Origin: Fibrobacteria bacterium
Lineage (GTDB): Bacteria > Fibrobacterota > Fibrobacteria > UBA11236
Direction: 5' to 3'
NCBI GenBank assembly: GCA_043745805.1
Contig: JAYTSD010000044.1
Span: 1 to 64,000 of the forward strand
Length of the DNA: 64,000 nt
A program made the position numbers and the translations under genes. The notes beneath the pieces are model-generated. The model was not told the origin of the DNA. It made no database searches and saw only the letters and a program-made list of their open reading frames with translations. This document shows positions 48,440 to 59,273 of this stretch, piece after piece (positions within the stretch are counted from its first letter, which is position 1; each line of letters begins with the position of its first letter).

Positions 48440-49735
48440 TTAATTCATCTTTTTGATTTCTACTAAATGATACGTTAAGGTTTGCATATTCTGAGACATA
48501 GAGGTTGCATCCCAGTTAACATTTCCTTCAGTACCTACAATTTGTTTACGCTGAAAACCGTCGAAAATGGCTTTGCGTTCATAATTTTGCAAACTTAATG
48601 AACCATTTCCTTTATCTTGCACAAAGAAAATCACCGGTACTTCCGGCGGTGCTAAAGTTTGATCTGTGGGATAAGAATTTGCATTGGCTGCCACTACATT
48701 ATCACCCATTAAGTACAATTCCAATCGCATTCCATAAGTACCTTTAGCCCAAGCTTGATCAATAGGTACAGAAAATTCATAGATTTCCCGCATGACATCT
48801 TCGCCTTGACGATATGGAATAGCCGTTGCTTTTAAAAATGGCACATGAATATAGGCCGATGAATCTGTATTCATAATATCACTACTAACACTACTATTGC
48901 TTTTATCATCTTTACCTGCATACAGCAAATCTTTAGGATTGAATACCAATAAAACATTCCATTTTCCCGATGGCACAAATTTTATAATTAGAGCGCCTGT
49001 CGAATCGCGTCCAACGGTATCGGGAATGGTGGTAGAACTATCCAAGTCCGCGGGTGTTAAATGCAAAGGTTTTAAAAAACGAAACCAAGTCCCTCCATTA
49101 TTTTTACGGATCACTGCGTCTTCGGAAGGACCTTGTAATAAAGATTTGGAGGGTTCTGTGATATAATATGCATTATCCTTGCTATTGGGATAAAAGTGCG
49201 AAGTAATGGGACCATCATGAGAAAATACCGTGTCGCCATTGGCTAAAGGAATTGTGGAACGTACACGTAAAAAAGGCGACCAATTAACGACTACCCAATT
49301 ATAATCACCCGTATCCTTGAGAGTAAAAGGATTACTAGTAGCAATGCGTTCGAGGCTAGCCGCTTTACAAAAATCAATATAATGAGAAGCCCAAGCAGGA
49401 TTGCGTGCGGTACTTGAATCTAATTTATTATAATCACCTATATCCTGAGAAAAAAGGGATAATGATCCCGATATATTAGACCATCCGCTGCCATTAGTAG
49501 TGAGATCTTTTGCCAAGGAAATATCCGAAACGGCTACTTGGAAACTTTCAACACCTGAAATGCCACTAGGTGCTACTTTGGCTAAGGAATGATTACCGCC
49601 ATTAATAGAAGGAATTAATTGTATGCGACCCGCTGAACTGCTGCGGGATTCATTTCCCGTACTTGAATTGAAACAGCCGTTAAAGTCAAATACGAAAACA
49701 CATCCTATTAATACAAATCCCCATCGGTTCAGCAT
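48440..49735 (-). CDS. Hypothetical lipoprotein
   Basis: Lipobox FNGC, Ser-rich linker, LAKVA motif; RBS GAGG upstream. Confidence 0.75.
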   Translation of the reverse strand: MLNRWGFVLIGCVFVFDFNGCFNSSTGNESRSSSAGRIQLIPSINGGNHSLAKVAPSGISGVESFQVAVSDISLAKDLTTNGSGWSNISGSLSLFSQDIGDYNKLDSSTARNPAWASHYIDFCKAASLERIATSNPFTLKDTGDYNWVVVNWSPFLRVRSTIPLANGDTVFSHDGPITSHFYPNSKDNAYYITEPSKSLLQGPSEDAVIRKNNGGTWFRFLKPLHLTPADLDSSTTIPDTVGRDSTGALIIKFVPSGKWNVLLVFNPKDLLYAGKDDKSNSSVSSDIMNTDSSAYIHVPFLKATAIPYRQGEDVMREIYEFSVPIDQAWAKGTYGMRLELYLMGDNVVAANANSYPTDQTLAPPEVPVIFFVQDKGNGSLSLQNYERKAIFDGFQRKQIVGTEGNVNWDATSMSQNMQTLTYHLVEIKKMN

Positions 49736-49821
49736 AAAAACCTCTTTGCATGTATACAGGAGATATTACGGGATGGTGTAAAAAAAGGAAACAAATATTT
49801 TTCCTTGGAAATTTTTATGAT

Positions 49822-49856
49822 AGCGCGAATAGCATGCAAATTATGCTATTCGCGCT
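49822..49856. repeat. Perfect 14-bp-stem palindrome
   Basis: AGCGCGAATAGCAT-gcaaatt-ATGCTATTCGCGCT. Confidence 0.85.
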
Positions 49857-49959
49857 GATCTTATTGGGACGGATCTGTTAAGCCAAGGACTTCATTTTCG
49901 ATTTTAGGGGTATTCGCTACGTTAACAGGTAAGGAATCTGGGATTCGTTCTCGCAGTTA

Positions 49960-50000
49960 TTAATTGGTAGAGACGCGGGGCAACCGTCTCTACCAATTAA
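49960..50000. repeat. GTAG-type REP-like palindrome (16-bp stem)
   Basis: TTAATTGGTAGAGACG-cggggcaac-CGTCTCTACCAATTAA; core GTAGAGACG...CGTCTCTAC. Confidence 0.75.
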
Positions 50001-50017
50001 ACACTAATACCTTCAGG

Positions 50018-50907
50018 TTATTTTTTCTTCTTTGGTTTCGGTATATCTAATTTCTTTATCGCTTTGTCAAAATCACTTTCAATAAGCTTATCTTGAATGA
50101 TTCTGTATTTCTCAAATTCCTTTTCTGCCAATACTAAAGCTACTTCATGGGTTACCGTTCCTGCATTTTTCAAAACGGCCTCTTCGTTGAACTGCAGAAA
50201 TGCATCCAGCTTTTTTACCCAATCTTTCATATACATTATCACACCTTTGTTTGCCTGATTCTCTGCATAATCAAGATACATGGTTACGATGCGGTTTGTC
50301 CTGTAATTGCCCAATGCAATTTATTTTGAACCGTTGCAAAAAATATTTTTGTAATATCATTATCGCCGCTGTAATCGGCACTGCATTCCGAATAGATGTC
50401 GGTTATTTTCTGATAAAATCTTCTTTCACTGCTGCGTATATTACGAATTCGTGCAAGCTGTTCTTCAAAATAATCTTTACCAAAAATATTGTTTGGGTTT
50501 TTCAGCCTTTTATCATCCATCGTGAAACCCTTGATGATGTACTCTTTCAATCGTTCCGTTGCCCAAATGCGGAAAGCTGTTGCTTGTGAGCTGTTTACTC
50601 TATACCCAACAGAAATAATTGCATCCAAATTATAGAACTGTGTGGAGTAGATTTTTCCATCTGCGGCAGTATGTTCCAAAATGGAAACAACTGAAATTTC
50701 CCGTAATTCGCCTGTTTCAAAAATATTTTTCAGATGCTTGTTAATGGCTGGTCGCTGCACTCCAAACAAATCAGCGATTTTTTGTTGTGTAAGCCAGACA
50801 GTTTCATTTTGTAAATAAATTTCCACTTTCACATTGCAATTTGGTGTTGTGTAAAGCAGTATTTCATTGAACCCTTCTTTGGGCGTAACGTCTTTCTTTT
50901 TTGTCAT
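50018..50907 (-). pseudogene. RhuM-family protein split by an internal frameshifting deletion
   Basis: 5' ORF: ETVWLTQ..IA.LF, YNLDAIISVGYRVNS, IR.IRSSERRFYQKITDIY, VQNKLHWAITGQTA. 3' ORF: NRIVTMYLDYAE.QA...MKDW...LD.FL. The intervening conserved block is absent. Confidence 0.85.
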
Positions 50908-51070
50908 TACTTATTTTTTCTTTCCATACGCAAAATGTTTGGTCAATTTATTCAGAAATAGGTTTAGTCACCCTTTTGAATCGCTTTTTTCAATTCATTT
51001 TCAAATTTTGATACTCTCATATTAATCCATTTCAAAAATTGTGAATAAATAAATGGAAGAACCTAGGTTA

Positions 51071-51230
51071 AACTTCCCCCTCTTGTTAAAGTAGACTACT
51101 TTCTGTCTGCTAAACCGAGGGAAGTTCAAACTGCTTCTTCTTTAAATTCCGATGTATAACGTTTCCCTTGCATACTTCCTCCTTGGTGTAAAATAGACTT
51201 TCTTTTGTCTACTATAACGGGGGAAGTTCA
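51071..51230 (-). mobile_element. Two stacked IS3-family left ends with an OrfA stub
   Basis: Minus strand: TGAACTTCCCCCGTTATAGTAGACA (from 51230), RBS AAGGAGG, ATG 51173 MQGKRYTSEFKEEAV, cut at 51128 by a related end TGAACTTCCCCTCGGTTTAGCAGACA. Confidence 0.75.
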
Positions 51231-51423
51231 TGATTTATTTAAAAATACCTATTGTGAAATATCCCTATTCCAAACACTAATTAAATTCCCAAAATAAATC
51301 TTCATACATTTTGCTTACAAAGCAAAAAGTTAATGGTGACTATCGTAACATAAAAAAGGGAAAATCCGCGGAATTTAAAGGCTTTTTACTCTCCAGCAAA
51401 GAGCAACAGAAGAAGTAGTATAA

Positions 51424-53814
51424 TCAATTACTAATCAACCATTTTTTCAGCAGTCCAAACTCCTTACTATTTGCCATAATTTCCCGCCATTGTTTATCCA
51501 TTTCTTTTTTTGCCGTATACGAAAGCGTCCAACCCAATGGTAATGGGATTTCGCGTTCTTCCAAAACAAACTCCAGATAATGAATTTCTGGATCACCGCC
51601 TTCCGCTGCTTCTTCAGAAAACTTCTCCACTAAATTTTTTATTGCAGCTTGTGAATATGTTCCACGTGATTCGCGAGTATTTAATAAAGTGAATGCTGGA
51701 GATAATAATTCATTTAAAACCTTATTTGCTGGAACTTCAGTAAAAGTTTTTTTCTGCTGAAAGCGTATCAATATTACTATCGGATAAATTCTTTCCCAAA
51801 TTTCATCATTCCCTTTTTGTTGTGCTTCTTTAATTCCCGACAAAACATCATACAAGGAAGCTGCACCCGAATTTTCGAAATACCCACCATCCACAATATG
51901 ACCAAAAACCTTATATGCTTTTTTTAAAGTATCATCGGAGTTAACAAGAGTATGCATCAAAGTGCCGGCAGGACTCACATAAGTGAAGCGCGCGCTTAAA
52001 TGCACCGCCGTACTTAAACGCAAAGGATGATCCGCAATCTCCTCCACATCAATAGCATCGGGGAAATCTTGAGGGATTAATTTTAAATTGCTCGCCAAAG
52101 CGCGTTTACCCGTTTCCACCCAAGTTCCATTTAATAATAAAGCAGGAATTTCATTGGCCGTATCCTTTGCCCAAATTTGCTGTAAAGGTTGTGCAAAAAA
52201 ATCGCTATGCACTATTCTTCTCCAAGCTATTTCCCAAGAATCTTCTAAGGCACGTGCTCTATCAAAATAAGGAATAGGCAAAGGCAATAGACGCTGAATT
52301 AAATCGGGATATAGCATATAAGCTAATGAAGTGGAGAGATAATCTTCACCCAACATCGCGCGTGAGCAAGCCAATAAATTGGTTTTTATTCTTCCATCAT
52401 AGTCTTCACATTGCCGAATTGAGTCAGGATATTGTTGTTTATCGGCAAGCAAAGCAGCAAACACCGAAGAACCTAAACTTCCACCCGATACACCACTTAA
52501 TGCTAAAGTATGTTTGGAGAAATCCGATAAACTATCTTGAATACCACTTAATACTGACGCGGTCCAATAAGCCGCACGAATTCCACCCCCCTCTGCAGCC
52601 ACTAAAAATACCGGAACTTTTTCATGAGCGGGTTTGTTTTTTATTAGTCCAGTTAACCAATTTCGCAAATATTTATCTAAGATCTTATCATCTGCTTTGG
52701 TTATTTTTTCAAGCGTTTTGATTTCGCGTATCGCATGATTATCATTGAAATAGCCAAACAAAATAGACGCAATGAATGCCAATGTTAACAAAGGAAATCC
52801 TGAGCGCAAGCCCAAAAAAACTAACACGGTTCCGCAACCCATTAAGGTAGCTGCTCCAAAAATCAATATGGTAGCTGATCCTAAAAATGGAGGCAAGCCA
52901 CTGCAAAAAAGTATGGTCAGAAAAAACAAAGCATGCGCCGTTAACAAAATGGAAATAAATATTTTTGTAGAAGGCGACCAATCTTTAAATTTTGTATTCC
53001 CTTTCATTTCGGTAGGGACAAAAAAGTTTTTTCTCACCTCTTCATTTTTTTGGCTGTTTTCTGGAGATTTATTCTTTTCTATCAATATTTTTCGCCAATG
53101 AATTGCCCAATGAAAACCAAAAGCCATCCATAATATCACTAGAGCCATTTGATTTAAATGATGCCAAGGATAATATGCATTATAGGCAAAACAGTGACAT
53201 ATACACAAATAAATTAAAGTGTAAACTGTGGCTAAGGCTCCAATAAATTTATGCATCCAATCCGGTTTAAAAAAATAAATAATGAATAAAGGCGTACTAA
53301 AAATCCAAAAATAGAGGTTAAGTTGCGAAGGACTTATTTTAACAAAATACGAATAAGAGGATAAATGCAAAGCCATAGCCACGGCGATAAAGGCAGATGC
53401 TCCTAAAAATCGTGGAATGCCATGACTCCATTTATCGCCTAAATGTTCTTCTTCAACAAATACATCCAATAATACACGACTAAAATACCAACCATTTACT
53501 GCCCATAGACCAACTGAAAAGGCGAAGCAAAAGAGTTTAAAAAAAAGCCGCGTACAAAATTTTTCATGCTCACCTAAATTTCGTAAAGTCTCTTGTCCTT
53601 GCGGTACCATCAATAAAACAAAAGCCACTACTATAATTATTAATACACTAAAACGAGTAAGAAAAATATCTTTCCCTAATTTTTGCGCATTGTCCAAAAT
53701 AAACATGAAGGGATTTTTTACAAAGCGAATAAGGAATATAAAAGCCCCAATAAATATTATGCAAAGCGCAAATGATATTCCATTGGACAAATAAGGATTA
53801 GGGTTCGCTTCCAT
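51424..53814 (-). CDS. Multi-pass membrane protein with patatin-like phospholipase domain
   Basis: About 10 hydrophobic segments; AAEGGGIRAAYW (oxyanion), SGVSGGS (GxSxG), VDGGYFENSG (DGG). Confidence 0.88.
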   Translation of the reverse strand: MEANPNPYLSNGISFALCIIFIGAFIFLIRFVKNPFMFILDNAQKLGKDIFLTRFSVLIIIVVAFVLLMVPQGQETLRNLGEHEKFCTRLFFKLFCFAFSVGLWAVNGWYFSRVLLDVFVEEEHLGDKWSHGIPRFLGASAFIAVAMALHLSSYSYFVKISPSQLNLYFWIFSTPLFIIYFFKPDWMHKFIGALATVYTLIYLCICHCFAYNAYYPWHHLNQMALVILWMAFGFHWAIHWRKILIEKNKSPENSQKNEEVRKNFFVPTEMKGNTKFKDWSPSTKIFISILLTAHALFFLTILFCSGLPPFLGSATILIFGAATLMGCGTVLVFLGLRSGFPLLTLAFIASILFGYFNDNHAIREIKTLEKITKADDKILDKYLRNWLTGLIKNKPAHEKVPVFLVAAEGGGIRAAYWTASVLSGIQDSLSDFSKHTLALSGVSGGSLGSSVFAALLADKQQYPDSIRQCEDYDGRIKTNLLACSRAMLGEDYLSTSLAYMLYPDLIQRLLPLPIPYFDRARALEDSWEIAWRRIVHSDFFAQPLQQIWAKDTANEIPALLLNGTWVETGKRALASNLKLIPQDFPDAIDVEEIADHPLRLSTAVHLSARFTYVSPAGTLMHTLVNSDDTLKKAYKVFGHIVDGGYFENSGAASLYDVLSGIKEAQQKGNDEIWERIYPIVILIRFQQKKTFTEVPANKVLNELLSPAFTLLNTRESRGTYSQAAIKNLVEKFSEEAAEGGDPEIHYLEFVLEEREIPLPLGWTLSYTAKKEMDKQWREIMANSKEFGLLKKWLISN

Positions 53815-53852
53815 TTATACTCCTGGCTAATCAGGAATAGTAGCAGAATTTT

Positions 53853-54266
53853 TTAGGGTGCGGAAGTATTACTCTTAGATACTTCTAAATGGATGATTTG
53901 ATAAATCGGTGGTTTATAGGGTAATTCATTGCCTTTTGTAAAAAACACACATAGGTCATGCTTGCCTTCACTTAAATTCAATACTGTATCCATTTGTCCT
54001 TCATCAAAATGCAGATGCAAATTGTCTCTAAGAACAACTTCATTGGGACTAGGTAAGGCTGCATCTATAATTAAAACTATATGCCCATGACCTTGCATTA
54101 CCCCATGAATAACCGGCTCTATAATTAAATTTTCACTTTTTAATTCCACATTAAAGGGACTATTTACTTTTACTCCCTCCATTAAATTTCCAAAATAAAC
54201 TTTTCCTTTAGGCTTTTCCCCACATCCTAACAACAAAACAATTGCCATAACCCATGTTTTCAACAT
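53853..54266 (-). CDS. DUF4399-like lipoprotein
   Basis: Likely start 54266; lipobox LLGC; V.F..L..G..V.SPF.V; GH.H..LIID; HLHF..GQ....L.L..GKH.L. Confidence 0.75.
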   Translation of the reverse strand: MLKTWVMAIVLLLGCGEKPKGKVYFGNLMEGVKVNSPFNVELKSENLIIEPVIHGVMQGHGHIVLIIDAALPSPNEVVLRDNLHLHFDEGQMDTVLNLSEGKHDLCVFFTKGNELPYKPPIYQIIHLEVSKSNTSAP

Positions 54267-54614
54267 TTTATCCTTAGTTTTGTGATTTCCCATTATAACC
54301 TTCTAAGATTTTCAATATCTATCGACATTTTTCTGGGGATAGATATTTTTTAACATTTAATTTTAAAATTTATAGGGTCTCAGTGTGGGTGTGCATTGAA
54401 AAATACTTTTCAACATCTATTGTGTTCAACCTATATGCAAAAGTTTTGCTTTATCCCTATTTTAAAAACAATCCCTAAATTGTTATAAGTCCAGTAATTT
54501 TAAGCACCTAGACAAAAAAAAACCACTTTTCCTTATCTCTCAACAACCCTAATACTAATCCTTATTTGATCTATAAAATGGATATATAGTAATTATGGTT
54601 TATAGATTTTTGAA

Positions 54615-55508
54615 TTATTTATACAAAGAAAATTTACTAGAATATTTGATTTGTTTTAATTTTGCCAATGCCTTTTCTTTTATTTGACGAACTCTTTCTC
54701 TTGTTAAATTTAATCTGAATCCGACTTCATCTAAGGTTAATTGCACTTCAGTTCCTAATCCAAAATATAGTTTTAACACATTACTTTCTCTTTCGGTAAT
54801 AGAAGTGAGCGCATTTTCAATTTCTGATTTTAAATTCTTTTCTATAAGAATAAATTCAGGATTTCTTTGTTGGTCATCATGTATACTGTTTATCCATTTT
54901 GAATTTTCTTCAGGTATGGAATTTTCTAATGACTTGCAAGGATTTTTTATTTCCTCGTAATTTAATATTTCCTTTAATTCTAATTCTGTATGCAAAGTAA
55001 TTTCTTCAAGAGTTGGATTCCTTCCAAATTTTTGTTCTAAGTGGATTATTGAATTTTTTATTTTTTGAAGAATATTTATTTTATAAACTGGAATTTTAAT
55101 AGTTCTGGATTGTTCCGCTAAGGCCATTATTATTGATTGTTTAATCCACCAAACAGCATAGGTTATAAATTTATAATTTTGAGATTCGTCATAGTTTTTC
55201 GCTGCGCGAATTAAACCAATATTTCCTTCATTAATTAAATCTGAAAGGTTTAATCCTTGGTTTTGATAATTTCGACTAACGGATACTACGAATTTTAAAT
55301 TACTTAGTATGAGTTTATTTAATGCTTGTGAATTATTTTCTCGAATAAGAGGCATCAACTCTTTTTCTTCTGCAATGCTTAATATTTTATGATTGGATAT
55401 TTCTTTAAAGTAAAGATATAACTGAGAATCACCGTTATAGTTTTTATAAAGTCTTTGTGATTCTTTATTTTGGATTATGGAAACATCTACAAAATTCTTG
55501 ATGACCAA
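54615..55508 (-). CDS. RpoD/SigA-family sigma-70 factor lacking region 1.1
   Basis: LYFKEI; NLKFVVSV...YQNQGL.L.DLINEGNIGLI.AA; KFITYAVWWIKQSI; TLDEVG....LTRERVRQIKEKAL. Confidence 0.92.
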   Translation of the reverse strand: MVIKNFVDVSIIQNKESQRLYKNYNGDSQLYLYFKEISNHKILSIAEEKELMPLIRENNSQALNKLILSNLKFVVSVSRNYQNQGLNLSDLINEGNIGLIRAAKNYDESQNYKFITYAVWWIKQSIIMALAEQSRTIKIPVYKINILQKIKNSIIHLEQKFGRNPTLEEITLHTELELKEILNYEEIKNPCKSLENSIPEENSKWINSIHDDQQRNPEFILIEKNLKSEIENALTSITERESNVLKLYFGLGTEVQLTLDEVGFRLNLTRERVRQIKEKALAKLKQIKYSSKFSLYK

Positions 55509-55566
55509 AGTTTCTCCTTGGTAATTAAAGGTTTTATAGTTGGATGATTTCCTTAATTTTTTTGTC

Positions 55567-56538
55567 TCAAGCGTTTATTGATTTAAGCACTAAGGCTATA
55601 ATTTTCTCGACATCTATATTTTCTGCTTCCGCTTGGAAGTTCAATAATATGCGATGATTTAATGTTGGTTTTAAAATGGAAAGAATATCTTTTTCAGTAG
55701 GAATAGGTCTGCCCGCTAATAATGCTTTTGCTTTTGCTGCGAGAATTAAAAACTGAACAGCTCTAGGGCCAGCGCCCCATTTCACATAATTTTTTATTTC
55801 TTTAATTTCATTGTCTTTTTCTGGACGGGTAGCACGAACAACTTTTACTGCAAATTCATAAATATGTTCAGGAACAGTCATAGCCAAAACTTTTTCTTGT
55901 AAGGCTAAGATATTTTCTCTTTCCAACATGGGAATAATGAATTCATTAGTTGTTTGCGTAGTCTTTTTTACAATGGCTAATTCTTCTTCATAGCTTGGAT
56001 AATCTATTTGAATAGAAAATATAAAGCGATCTAATTGAGCTTCAGGAAGGGGATAGGTGCCTTCTTGTTCAATGGGATTCTGTGTGGCTAAAACCATAAA
56101 AGGTTCTTGTAATTTTTCAGTTCGGCCAAAAATAGTTACAATCTTCTCTTGCATAGCTTGCAACAATGCCGCTTGCGTTTTGGGCGGCGTACGATTTATT
56201 TCATCAGCCAATAAAATATTGGTAAAAATAGGGCCATGAATAAAATTCAATTCTCTTTTGCCGGTACTTTTGTTTTCCTGTAAAATTTCCGTTCCTAAAA
56301 TATCGGAAGGCATTAAATCGGGAGTAAATTGAATACGATTAAAATTTAAATGTAAAGCTTGGGAAAAAGCATTCACCATAGATGTTTTAGCTAAGCCTGG
56401 TGGACCAATTAGTAAAACGTGAGCTTTGCATAAAAGGGCGATCACCATTTTTTCAATAGTTGATTCTTGGCCAACAATAACTTTGGCTATTTCTTTTTTT
56501 AAGCGGCTATAATGTTGAGGTATTTCTTCAATTTCCAT
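55567..56538 (-). CDS. MoxR-family AAA+ ATPase
   Basis: [59 protein letters not shown]. Confidence 0.95.
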   Translation of the reverse strand: MEIEEIPQHYSRLKKEIAKVIVGQESTIEKMVIALLCKAHVLLIGPPGLAKTSMVNAFSQALHLNFNRIQFTPDLMPSDILGTEILQENKSTGKRELNFIHGPIFTNILLADEINRTPPKTQAALLQAMQEKIVTIFGRTEKLQEPFMVLATQNPIEQEGTYPLPEAQLDRFIFSIQIDYPSYEEELAIVKKTTQTTNEFIIPMLERENILALQEKVLAMTVPEHIYEFAVKVVRATRPEKDNEIKEIKNYVKWGAGPRAVQFLILAAKAKALLAGRPIPTEKDILSILKPTLNHRILLNFQAEAENIDVEKIIALVLKSINA

Positions 56539-56593
56539 ATTTGTACATCAGGCTATGGAAGAAAGCTATAAATTTTAAATTGAGAATTGCGTT

Positions 56594-56989
56594 TTATGCG
56601 CCGTATTTTTCGTAAACTCTTTCGCGCGATAAGGCTCGTGAAAGAGAACGTTGTGCTCTTGCTACATCCACTTCTTGATGTGATTGAATCCGTCCTAAGG
56701 CTCTTTCTTTCGCCGCTTTGGCTCGTTTCAAATCTATTTCTGAAGGGGTTTCTGCGGCTTCGGCTAATACAATAGCTTTATTCGCATTAAATTCTAAAAA
56801 ACCACCGGATAAATGAAATAGTGTGTCGGTTTGACCATTGCGTATACGTAAAATACCTGGAATCAAACTGGAAAGAATGGGTGCGTGATTTTTATAAATT
56901 TCAAAATTACCATCCTTGCCTGGTGCAAGGATAGAATCTACTTCGCCATCATAGGCTTTCTTTTCAGGAGTTAAAACCTGGATTTGCAT
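56594..56989 (-). CDS. atpC: F1 ATP synthase epsilon subunit
   Basis: TPE...PG..G.F.I...HAP; SGGF.E; ID..RA..A..RA; operon position. Confidence 0.95.
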   Translation of the reverse strand: MQIQVLTPEKKAYDGEVDSILAPGKDGNFEIYKNHAPILSSLIPGILRIRNGQTDTLFHLSGGFLEFNANKAIVLAEAAETPSEIDLKRAKAAKERALGRIQSHQEVDVARAQRSLSRALSRERVYEKYGA

Positions 56990-56991
56990 GG

Positions 56992-58398
<1,407 letters not shown>

Positions 58399-58413
58399 TT
58401 AAATACTCCTGCT

Positions 58414-59262
58414 TTATCCGTTGAGTGCTTCAGCACCCGAAACAATTTCGATGAGTTCTTTGGTAATTGAGGCTTGGCGTGCACGATTCATAATCAAGGT
58501 CAAACGCGAAATCATATCCTTGGTATTTTTAGTAGCACTGTCCATTGAAGCCATACGGGCACTATGTTCGCCCACTGCATTTTCTAATAAGCTGCGAAAT
58601 AATTGTATGGTAACAATTTGTGGTAATAAATCGCTAAACACTTCGGCAATATTGGGCTCCACAATATAATTGGCGGCTGCATTATTTTTCTTTTTGTCTT
58701 GCTTAGGGAAAGGCAAAACTTGCACTAAGGTTGGCGTTTGGCTTAATACCGAATTGAATTTATTAAAAACAACAAAAACCTTATCCACTTTGCCCGAAGT
58801 ATAATCGCTAATAATTTGGGCACCTAAAGTGTTAGCATTCGATAGGCTGGGCATATTAGTTGACTCGGCTTTACCAATAGGTAAACTATTGCGTACAATA
58901 AATTCTTTGGCGCGACGACCAATGCCATGGCATTCTATCGACTTGCCCTTTTCATACTGACGAGCAAAGAATTTTAAAAGATTATTATTAAAGCCACCGC
59001 AAAGTCCGCGATCCGAAGTGAGTACATAGTATGCCGTATGTTTTACTTCACGTGCTTCCATGAGCGGATGATCAAAATCTTCCATGGCTCCAGAAATGCG
59101 TTCCAGCAAATCCAACATTTTTTCATAATACGGCTTGGTGCGTGAATAAGCGTTCTGCGCCTTTTTCAATTTCGCGGCCGAAACCATTTTCATGGCGGAC
59201 GTGATCTTGCTCGTATTTTTGAGCGACTTAATGCGCAGACGGAGTTCTTTAATCGTTGCCAT
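58414..59262 (-). CDS. atpG: F1 ATP synthase gamma subunit
   Basis: KITSAMKMVSAAK; SDRGLCG; RQASITKELIEIVSGA. Confidence 0.98.
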   Translation of the reverse strand: MATIKELRLRIKSLKNTSKITSAMKMVSAAKLKKAQNAYSRTKPYYEKMLDLLERISGAMEDFDHPLMEAREVKHTAYYVLTSDRGLCGGFNNNLLKFFARQYEKGKSIECHGIGRRAKEFIVRNSLPIGKAESTNMPSLSNANTLGAQIISDYTSGKVDKVFVVFNKFNSVLSQTPTLVQVLPFPKQDKKKNNAAANYIVEPNIAEVFSDLLPQIVTIQLFRSLLENAVGEHSARMASMDSATKNTKDMISRLTLIMNRARQASITKELIEIVSGAEALNG

Positions 59263-59273
59263 AATTTATTTGC

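Noticed and set aside
51064..51230. Two similar imperfect hairpins considered as integron attC sites or a mini-CRISPR
   Set aside because: They lack proper RYYYAAC/GTTRRRY boxes and spacing, there are only two copies, and no integrase or cas gene is present. They are better explained as IS3 left ends with an OrfA stub.
51424..53814. Patatin protein as a CBASS/anti-phage effector
   Set aside because: It has a large multi-TM architecture with no cyclase or other defence genes adjacent.
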